Source: a candidate division WOR-3 bacterium (lineage in GTDB: Bacteria > Hydrothermota > Hydrothermia > B15-G9 > WFZT01). Taken from it: DNA of 36,931 bases. The stretch covers positions 1-36,931 of the forward strand of contig JALUEE010000072.1 in assembly GCA_027053075.1 (NCBI GenBank). The letters are read 5' to 3'. The position numbers were made by a program, and so were the translations under genes. The notes under the pieces were generated by a model that did no database searches, was not told the origin of the DNA, and was given only the letters and a program-made list of their open reading frames with translations. Below are positions 1-7,390 of this stretch, piece by piece (positions within the stretch are counted from its first letter, which is position 1; every line of letters starts with the position of its first letter).

Positions 1-127
1 TGTATTTAAGCAGATATAGGAAGGTAAAGATATCAAAGGAATGGATAGAGGTGGAGATACCGAAGAAGACGCGGGATTTAATAGAGAAATTAAATCTGCC
101 TATTACTTAAAAAATACGGAGTTAGGG
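1..127 (+). mobile_element. Right end of an insertion sequence (IS1634-like): transposase C-terminus (3..110) plus terminal sequence
   Basis: Frame 3..110 reads YLSRYRKVKISKEWIEVEIPKKTRDLIEKLNLPIT*, which resembles the EIPKK...EKL..PIT C-terminus I recall for IS1634-family DDE transposases. It is followed by AAAATACGGAGTTAGGG (111-127), a candidate terminal inverted repeat. The family call is from pattern recognition, not a search. Confidence 0.65.
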
Positions 128-1413
128 GTTAATTTCACCCTGACGTAAGCTTCGTCGATCTCCTTGAGTCGAGCAAAGGTATTTTCTCCTTTCCCATCAA
201 TTACAATTCCTCCCACTTTGAATTCGATGTTGTCAAAGGGGGAGTACACGAGCTCAGGATTCAGGATGACACCGTAATTCTCCTTCACATTTGACCAGTC
301 TGCGATTTCCGCTGCGATTCCAAGCGGTGCAACTTTGAGTCGGTCGTTTAAAAACTTCTTCTCCAGCCTGAATGTAACATAATCGTTCAAGCTGTCTCCA
401 TACTCGTTGGTAAACCCGTGGATAAACTGGAAGTTCAGATAGAATCCATTCTTGAACGTGTAATCACCACCGATGACGTATTTCAAAAATGGTTTCTTGA
501 GCAGGGTATCCGGGCCTAAAAGCGTATTTTCAAGAACATACTTCTCGGGCATTATGTAAGCAAACTCACCCCAGAATCCCACTCCAAATGGTGAGCCTGA
601 GAAGTCTGCACCAATCACGTTAATCTTTGGAAATCCCATTGTTGTAACGAGGACAGGAGCAGAATCCTCTACCGAAATTTCCATCTTTTTGGGAAATGGC
701 ACTGTGAGCCTTCCGTGGAAGAAAGACATAGAGACGTCCCAGTCAAAGAAGTTACCTGAGACCTTCCCGGCAAAGGATGAGGATTCTGAAACTTTCGGTG
801 CCGGGGTTTGAATCACGGTCCTTGTCCGGAATACCCCGGGAGGTAAAGTAGAAGAATTTGATGTTAAGGCCTCGGTGAATTCATTTGCAGGCATGAAAGA
901 TGGGGTAAAGATGGGGACAAAAACGAACTCAAAATTCAGCAGGTCATATGAGTAAAAGGCCCTTGCCGCATTCACAGGTAATCTTTTCCCGAAGTCCCAG
1001 AAATCCTCCATGTCGTAAGGATTAATGTTACTCGTAGGATTGATTTTGTCGGCTGTCCCCCAATTCACGATTTGACGTCCAATTCTGAAATCAAAATCAG
1101 GGACTAAAAAATCGTAAACATCGGCATAAGCCTCCCCCAGTCGGATGGATAGAGGAGAGAGTTTTTCCCTGCTTGCCAGATCTCCTGGAGTAAATATTAC
1201 CGGGAACCCGTCGTAAACCATGTAGTTCTCAACTTTAAAATGCAGGTGTTCCCCCATGTCTGCCTCTGTATTGAGCTTGAAGGTCTCTCTGTTCATGGTC
1301 CAGCGAGCACTATCGCTTTTGAGCCAGTAGCGTCCATAAAATTCCAAATATCCTCCAAATTTCACCCCTGCAAAGAGGGGGAATGCAAGTAAGAGCGTTA
1401 AAATGCGTTTCAT
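103..1413 (-). CDS. Outer-membrane beta-barrel protein (DUF1302-like), probably with an IS-derived C-terminus
   Basis: Signal peptide MKRILTLLLAFPLFA; GRQIVNWGTAD..NP motif; alternating aromatic beta-strands; SD AGGAGGTG; lies downstream of the RND and LolA-like genes. Confidence 0.75.
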   Translation of the reverse strand: MKRILTLLLAFPLFAGVKFGGYLEFYGRYWLKSDSARWTMNRETFKLNTEADMGEHLHFKVENYMVYDGFPVIFTPGDLASREKLSPLSIRLGEAYADVYDFLVPDFDFRIGRQIVNWGTADKINPTSNINPYDMEDFWDFGKRLPVNAARAFYSYDLLNFEFVFVPIFTPSFMPANEFTEALTSNSSTLPPGVFRTRTVIQTPAPKVSESSSFAGKVSGNFFDWDVSMSFFHGRLTVPFPKKMEISVEDSAPVLVTTMGFPKINVIGADFSGSPFGVGFWGEFAYIMPEKYVLENTLLGPDTLLKKPFLKYVIGGDYTFKNGFYLNFQFIHGFTNEYGDSLNDYVTFRLEKKFLNDRLKVAPLGIAAEIADWSNVKENYGVILNPELVYSPFDNIEFKVGGIVIDGKGENTFARLKEIDEAYVRVKLTPNSVFFK

Positions 1414-1426
1414 TCTATCACCTCCT

Positions 1427-2155
1427 TTAGTGCATTCTCCTTAGAGTTCTACGGCTGAAGAATTTCGTCGGAATCCCGGTATCAAGCTCAATTTCCTCAA
1501 GTTTCATAATAGTCATGTGGTTCTTTTTCAGGTTTTTCATATCCATTTCACCTGAAATCCAGTAATTTTTTACCCTGTGGATGTTCTTGAAGGTCAGGAC
1601 CTTCCAGAGGTTGCCACTCTTGTCGTAAAACTCAATTTTTAGAAGGTGGTAGGTTTTCTTATCAATACACATTTTGAGGAACCCATAATCCTTCTTTACG
1701 CCGGGTTTGGGTGTAAGTTTCAGTACATAAGTGGAATCTGTCTCCTCTAAGAGGGTAGCGTTATAATCCTTTGAGTACCGGAAGGTTGAAAGGTCATCGT
1801 AGGTGAAATCGGTTCCTGCGAAGGTCTGATTTTTCACGTGGGAAGCGATCCTTCTAATCTTTTTGAATGCCGGGAAATAGACGTACATGACGTCATGTGG
1901 CAGGGAAAGGAAAGCAATTCCACGCTGGTCTGCTGGTTTGGTGAATCTGATCAGACGATAGGAATCTCCCTTCTGGTATGATTCACCCTCGCGGACACTT
2001 TTATTCCCGTGCTTATCGATCAGAATCATGATCATCTTCATCTTACGGTCTTTGGGGGCATTCATCGCGGAATCAGCCTTTGCCAGAATGGTATTTGCAT
2101 TGGGTGCTGCAAAAATAGGCAGCACCAGTATTAGCGATGCAATTATCCTTTTCAT
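1427..2155 (-). CDS. Outer-membrane lipoprotein-sorting (LolA-like) protein
   Basis: Start reassigned to MKRIIASL at 2155 (SD GGAGG, ATGA overlap with the RND stop); signal peptide; RF..PAD.RG..FL and F.GTDFTYDD motifs typical of LolA-like proteins next to MMPL transporters. Confidence 0.85.
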   Translation of the reverse strand: MKRIIASLILVLPIFAAPNANTILAKADSAMNAPKDRKMKMIMILIDKHGNKSVREGESYQKGDSYRLIRFTKPADQRGIAFLSLPHDVMYVYFPAFKKIRRIASHVKNQTFAGTDFTYDDLSTFRYSKDYNATLLEETDSTYVLKLTPKPGVKKDYGFLKMCIDKKTYHLLKIEFYDKSGNLWKVLTFKNIHRVKNYWISGEMDMKNLKKNHMTIMKLEEIELDTGIPTKFFSRRTLRRMH

Positions 2156-5013
2156 CTCTTTACACCTCCTTTGATAAAGTATTTTCTTCCCAAAATGATT
2201 AAAGCTGGCAGGACTGTCGTTGCGAAAAGTGAGCTCAAAAGCATGGTGAGGGCTACGAGCCATCCAAATGTACGTAATGGTATGAGCTCCGCAAATATGA
2301 GCACGAGAAAGCCGAGGCCCACGGTAAATGCGTTGAGATAAATTGCCCGACCAGTGGTGAGCAAGGTGTTCCTCAGGGCAAGATTGGGGTCATCTGTCAT
2401 GCTTAGCTCTTTCTTGAATCTCGAAGTGAAATGAATCACGTAGTCAATACCTATTCCAATGACTATTGCTGCAATCATCATGGTTGCGTTGTCAAGCGGA
2501 ACTCCTGCAAATCCCATGATGAAGAAAGTGAATGCTACAACCAGTAGAATGGGATAAATGCCAATAAGACCACCTAAAACCGAAGACAACTGGAATGCCA
2601 CGAGAATTGTTACAAGCGCAAAAGCGAGGGCAAAACTCTGCTCCTGAGATTTCAAGAGATTTTCATGGAATTTCCCATAGATTTTGAGAAATCCATTATT
2701 GATGGCAGTGAATTTGACCGTTTCTCCCTTTATAAGGCCTGGTGGAAGATAAACCTGTGGAGCCACGAGGGTGTAAAGGTCACCAACGATGTCCTCTCTT
2801 AATTTTTCGGGAACGAGGGGGTCAGATGAGGAGCACTTTGTTGAGGAATTTATAAACGCGCAGATGCTGTCGGCAAGGGTATTTACAAGTTGCGAATTTC
2901 TTGCACCTGTGACAAGAGAAGAGATGTAAGAATAGGCATCTTTCGTAATGTCTTCACTCAAGCCGTTAACATTTTCGTTTAAGATTTTCGAAAAGGAATC
3001 ATAGTTGAGGGTCTCGATTTTATTGAGCAATTCATCTGTAATTTTCTCTGTCCGGGATTCACTCAGCTCGATATCAAACTCGTTGTAAAAATAATCAAAA
3101 ATTGCGCTTCTTAGTTTTTTTAGACTTTCCCCAGAAAGATTTGTGGTGCTCTTGAGGTTCCTTTTAATGATTTCAGATATTTTGTCCTGATTTACACTTT
3201 CTGAGAGACGATATCGTGTATCCCAGACGATCTCAGATGAGGCACGCGAGATGAGAATGGAATCAACCTTCGGGACGATGTTAGAGGGGATGTTCTGCCT
3301 TTTAACTAAAACCGCTTCCCGCAAAAGGTCGTGGTTGATGAAGTTTTCTATTGAGTCAATGGTCGAGACAATGTATTTTGTCTCAGGATGTGAGAATCTT
3401 GCCTGTACGATGCCCTCGTTGTACTCTGGAGCCACGAGCTGGGATAGAATGTCCTGCCCTTCGAGCATGAAGAGGAGATTTGTTACACCTTCCCTGTTGG
3501 ATGGGACATTTCTGATGCCGTTCATCACGTAGTTTTCCTCTGAAATCAGCGAGGCAAGAGATTGAGGGTTGTCTATGGTTTTGAGCTGACGAATGTATTT
3601 CTCGAGTCTAAACATTTCACCCAGCACCACAGGGTTTTTGAGGTCACCGCGGATGAGTATCTGAACCGGAATCGAGCCACCAAAATATTTCTGAAATATA
3701 TCTTCTGAGTGCCGAATCTCGCTGTTTTTAGGGAAATAGTCGAGAATGTTTACACTGGTCGAGATCCGGAGCGCTCCTGCTATTCCCAATAGCATGATAA
3801 TGAAACTGGCAAAGAGGATGGTTTTAGCATGACGAACAAGGGATTCTGCCACCGGCTCAACAATTTTTTCCATCAACTTAGAGCCTTCCTCGAGGTGTCT
3901 GAACCTTGCTGCTGGGGGAGACATGAATGAGAGAATCGCAGGAATCAGTGTTAATGAAAGAAGAAGTGCCACAAAAACGCCAAAGGCTGAAAATATTCCA
4001 AAGTCGGTTACAGAAACGAGATATGCTCCGGCAAAAGAAATGAAACCTGCGATGGTGGTTAAGCCGGAGAGGATGATGGGTATCCCTACTCCTTTGAAAG
4101 TTCTAATGAGGCTTTCTTTGCGTTCCCCGTTTTTAAATTCCTCTCGATAGCGGGAGATAAAATGGATGGTGTAGGCTGTGCCAATGGCAATGAGCAGGAC
4201 GGGCATGATGTTTGAAATGATGGATAGGGGACGACCAACTGTTGCCATCAATCCGATGCTCCAGATGACGGATAATGCCACTGTAAGAAGCGGCAGAATC
4301 ACTCCCCTAAGGTTGTGAAGACCGAGGAAAAGTACCATCATAACGACGAGACTGACAATTGGTATCAACCTCAGCATGTCTCTTAAAACTATCTGGTTGA
4401 CCTCGATCATCTGCATGGGCAATCCGCTGAAATAGACCTTTACGTCTTTGCCGTGGGTTTCTTTAAGGGTGATTTTCTTAATTTCTCTTGCAATCTTGAT
4501 CCTGTCTTTTGTTTCACCTAACCTTGCGACGATGAGGGCAATTCTGCCGTCAGCAGAGACGATTTTCCCCCTATACATATCCTTTTCCAGCACGTATTGC
4601 TTGAGTCTTTTGAGACTTCCCGGGTCGCTGGGGATATTATTTTCATCAATCAGATTTGTTACCTCGAGGCCGCCCTCGGATTTCCGGATGTCAATGATGT
4701 TTGTAAGGCTTGTAACAGATGCCACACCCTTCAGGTTTGCGTAGGTATCCGAGAGTTTAGCGATGAGCTTTAGGTTGTTGTATGTAAAAATGTCGTTGGT
4801 CTCAATTGCGACCAGAACAATCTCGTTGCCGCCGTATTTTTCACCAATGTAGTTGAATATCTTCACCTCCGGTGCACTCTGCTTGAGATATTTCGCAAAA
4901 TCGCTCTCGATTCGAATTTTTCGAAGCTGGTAGCCAAAGAAGAGTGTGAGTACCGTTGAAATTGCTATAATTGGGATTCTGAATTTAAGCACACATTTAG
5001 CGAATTTTTCCAT
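2152..5013 (-). CDS. RND-superfamily MMPL-family transporter
   Basis: Two 1+5 TM halves with periplasmic domains; IAIGTAY.IH and IGIGIDY.IHF motifs; SD GAGGAGG. Confidence 0.92.
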   Translation of the reverse strand: MEKFAKCVLKFRIPIIAISTVLTLFFGYQLRKIRIESDFAKYLKQSAPEVKIFNYIGEKYGGNEIVLVAIETNDIFTYNNLKLIAKLSDTYANLKGVASVTSLTNIIDIRKSEGGLEVTNLIDENNIPSDPGSLKRLKQYVLEKDMYRGKIVSADGRIALIVARLGETKDRIKIAREIKKITLKETHGKDVKVYFSGLPMQMIEVNQIVLRDMLRLIPIVSLVVMMVLFLGLHNLRGVILPLLTVALSVIWSIGLMATVGRPLSIISNIMPVLLIAIGTAYTIHFISRYREEFKNGERKESLIRTFKGVGIPIILSGLTTIAGFISFAGAYLVSVTDFGIFSAFGVFVALLLSLTLIPAILSFMSPPAARFRHLEEGSKLMEKIVEPVAESLVRHAKTILFASFIIMLLGIAGALRISTSVNILDYFPKNSEIRHSEDIFQKYFGGSIPVQILIRGDLKNPVVLGEMFRLEKYIRQLKTIDNPQSLASLISEENYVMNGIRNVPSNREGVTNLLFMLEGQDILSQLVAPEYNEGIVQARFSHPETKYIVSTIDSIENFINHDLLREAVLVKRQNIPSNIVPKVDSILISRASSEIVWDTRYRLSESVNQDKISEIIKRNLKSTTNLSGESLKKLRSAIFDYFYNEFDIELSESRTEKITDELLNKIETLNYDSFSKILNENVNGLSEDITKDAYSYISSLVTGARNSQLVNTLADSICAFINSSTKCSSSDPLVPEKLREDIVGDLYTLVAPQVYLPPGLIKGETVKFTAINNGFLKIYGKFHENLLKSQEQSFALAFALVTILVAFQLSSVLGGLIGIYPILLVVAFTFFIMGFAGVPLDNATMMIAAIVIGIGIDYVIHFTSRFKKELSMTDDPNLALRNTLLTTGRAIYLNAFTVGLGFLVLIFAELIPLRTFGWLVALTMLLSSLFATTVLPALIILGRKYFIKGGVKR

Positions 5014-5884
5014 CTCTTACCTCCTCGTTGAAAACCGTGTTGAATCCCCAGGCCATTAGCGAGATTTTTAAGTAAAAGTTATTTCCTTCACGCCTCATCC
5101 TGCTCCATTTCATATCCAATTCATCCTGAGTACGCATGAAGTGTGGGAGATGGCAGGATTCAAGCCATCTAATTTTCGTTCTTTCGCCATTTTTACCACA
5201 CCTCTCCTTCTCCGGGGAAATTGAGAAAATTATTAGCTTTCTTTTAAAAGTTTTATCCCTGCTTTGCTGGCTTAATCCCCTCCTTTTCCCAAGGGAAGGA
5301 AAGGCCGAGGAGGAATAGGTAGTCAACATCATTTCAAACTTCTCCAATTCTTTGGTTGTATTCGCAGGAAAAGTTTGACTCGAGACCATAGTCTCGCGTG
5401 TCATACGGAATTTACCCCGTCTCGACTTTGCGCGATTTAACTTCACAGTTTCCTCCACACACAAAATGCGCGAGAGTGACTCAAAACCTAAGGCCTGCCC
5501 ACCTGCTCTCCCATCCCGACGGTATTTGTAAGTTTCGACTATTTTATTCATTTGGTCGAATAAAGTGCAAAAAATTTTATAATCTGGTGTCAGAACGAAT
5601 CTATCACTTTCAAACACATCCATGGATTGCGGGTGGGTAATGATGGAGCTCGAGTATCCAGATTTCTCCCATTTTTCCCGATATTTTCCATCATAGAAGT
5701 ATCGTGAATTTCTTGACTTCACGGCAAATATTTCATATTTGCTTTGCTGATTTAAACGAGAATAGAACTCCCTCCCTTCCCTCCGGGAAGGGAGGGCTGG
5801 GGTGGAATGGGCAGTCAAAATTACTTTGAATTTATTCATTTCTTTGTCCCTTGTATTCGTATAAAAAGTTCCGCTCGTGACCAT
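4997..5884 (-). other. 295-aa ORF of uncertain status spanning the duplicated leader
   Basis: Long open frame with internally repeated peptides, no recognisable domain and no SD. It overlaps operator-like and palindromic elements. Confidence 0.25.
5534..5560. promoter_or_regulatory. Putative TetR operator, copy 1
   Basis: TTCGAC-TATTTTATTCATTTG-GTCGAA palindrome overlapping a minus-strand TTGCAC-N18-TAAAAT promoter candidate. Confidence 0.7.
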
Positions 5885-6034
5885 AGTTACTTATAATTTG
5901 CACAGTTTGCTCCATCTGCTTCCCATGTCCTTTGCTCGGTCGTTCGTCTTTCCCGCCTCCCACGGAGTGCGAGAGAGGATTCCATAATCGATGGCCATTT
6001 CAGCGGTCATTCCGTCTCGACACTTTTTGTATGA

Positions 6035-6061
6035 TTCGACTATTTTATTCATTTGGTCGAA
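6035..6061. promoter_or_regulatory. Putative TetR operator, copy 2
   Basis: Identical 27-mer to 5534-5560, in the same promoter-like context. Confidence 0.7.
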
Positions 6062-6104
6062 TAAGGTGCAAAAAAATTTGGTATTCTGCCTTGTTGCCTG
6101 GCTC

Positions 6105-6713
6105 TCAACTACCATTTTTATCACTCCTTTTCTTGATGCCGTTAATGAAGATATCAAGAAAGATATCGAGAGCCTGCTCAAGAGTCAGTTCGCGGTTTTT
6201 GCATTTTAGAGCCTCACCTGTTGCGAGGGGATATTCCAGCCCCTGCATGGCCTGGAGCACTAAAAATGCGTAAAGTCTGGGGTCCGGTATATCAAACACG
6301 CCGCGTTTTACTCCTTCTTCAAAAATGCTGGTAAGGGTGTCAATTTCAAATTCATTGTATTTCTCGCGTTCTTTCCGGATAAAGGGAAAGTACTGGAAAT
6401 ACTCGTCCTTCATAGCAGAGTAATAAACAGCCAGCCGTGCAAGGTATTCAAATCTAACCCTTGCATATGTTCTGATCTTCTCTTCGGGGTCATCAATTTT
6501 TTCAATGGACTTTTTGAGGATAAATCGGAGGGTTTCGCCCTCTTTGTTGATAATTTCTTTCAGGATTTCCTCTTTTGATGTGAAGTAGTGGTAAATGGTG
6601 GCCTTTGCCATGCTCGCCGAGCGCGCAATATCCTCCATGGTGGTCTTCTTGAAACCAAACTTCCCGATGAGCTCTTTAGCGACCTCGAGAATCCTTTCCC
6701 TTTTCCCTGCCAT
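6105..6713 (-). CDS. TetR/AcrR-family transcriptional regulator
   Basis: N-terminal HTH GFKKTTMEDIARSASMAKATIYHYFTSKEEI. Start reassigned to MAGKRE at 6713. Confidence 0.95.
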   Translation of the reverse strand: MAGKRERILEVAKELIGKFGFKKTTMEDIARSASMAKATIYHYFTSKEEILKEIINKEGETLRFILKKSIEKIDDPEEKIRTYARVRFEYLARLAVYYSAMKDEYFQYFPFIRKEREKYNEFEIDTLTSIFEEGVKRGVFDIPDPRLYAFLVLQAMQGLEYPLATGEALKCKNRELTLEQALDIFLDIFINGIKKRSDKNGS

Positions 6714-6726
6714 GATGATTAGAAAA

Positions 6727-6753
6727 TTCGACCAATTTATTCGATTTGTCAAT
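6727..6753 (-). promoter_or_regulatory. tetR promoter (-35 TTGACA at 6752-6747) with overlapping autoregulatory operator
   Basis: TTCGAC-CAATTTATTCGATTT-GTCAAT has the same GAC-N15-GTC architecture as the two downstream palindromes. Confidence 0.65.
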
Positions 6754-6922
6754 AGGAAATAGAATATCGCAAATTTCCATCATTACCCACACTGTGATAA
6801 ACCTTTTAACAGGATAATTAATCCTACAGCAACACCTGAGAATTTAGTCTTGTCTGAGGGAGTCCTAATCGTCAGTGACGGTCCGGAAGGATAACAATTT
6901 CTGACGAGTTCCTGAAAAGCTG

Positions 6923-6994
6923 AGCTTGTTCGAAAATGTAGCCCCCTCCCATCCTCTCCCACGCACGTAGTGCGTGGGAGAGGATGGGAGGGGG
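6923..6994. repeat. REP/MITE-like element with a perfect 25-bp inverted repeat (6942-6966 / 6970-6994)
   Basis: CCCCCTCCCATCCTCTCCCACGCAC-GTA-GTGCGTGGGAGAGGATGGGAGGGGG, preceded by AGCTTGTTCGAAAAT. Confidence 0.85.
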
Positions 6995-7090
6995 GATTCT
7001 TCTTAAAATTCCAAATAAATTGAAATTTTTCCAACACGTTCTGAAAAGCTTGATTTGTTAGGGAATTTCGTTTATAAATTTCAACCACAC

Positions 7091-7164
7091 GTCCCCGTAG
7101 CTCAGCAGGATAGAGCGGCGGTTTCCTAAACCGCAGGTCGCAGGTTCGAATCCTGCCGGGGACG
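7091..7164 (+). tRNA. tRNA-Arg(CCT)
   Basis: Cloverleaf: acceptor GTCCCCG/CGGGGAC, anticodon arm GCGGT-TTCCTAA-ACCGC, T-loop GGTTCGAATCC. CCA is not encoded. Confidence 0.97.
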
Positions 7165-7390
7165 CTTTTAATCTTCATCACCTGCCCCTCATCCAGTGTA
7201 AGTTTGCCAATGATACAACCTCGCATATCTCCCATGATATCATTTTTCCCGGAGAATTTTACTCTAATTTAAGCATCCGCACAAAAAGACCACCCAAAGG
7301 CCGAAATTTTTCCTTTACTTAAACATCCATAAAACCCCAAACCCTCAGTAATAGTGATGGATTACCCAAACAAGCCCTCCCATTGCAAAC

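Larger units (their letters stand above)
5272..6080. repeat. Diverged tandem duplication, period ~495-501 bp (homologous blocks ~5272-5578 and ~5768-6080)
   Basis: Shared blocks: the 27-bp palindrome plus TAARGTGCAAAAAA, TTGTATTCG..AAAAGTT..CTCG.GACCATAGT, a C/G-rich hairpin, and TGCTTTGCTG. Confidence 0.85.

Noticed and set aside
2156..2263. N-terminal extensions in the ORF track (also for tetR, purM, ccsA and the 25650 ORF)
   Set aside because: They overlap upstream genes, promoters or tRNA; downstream ATGs fit SD or -10 geometry and family N-termini better.
6783..7235. 150-aa minus-strand ORF
   Set aside because: Runs antisense through tRNA-Arg and a palindromic element; no protein features.
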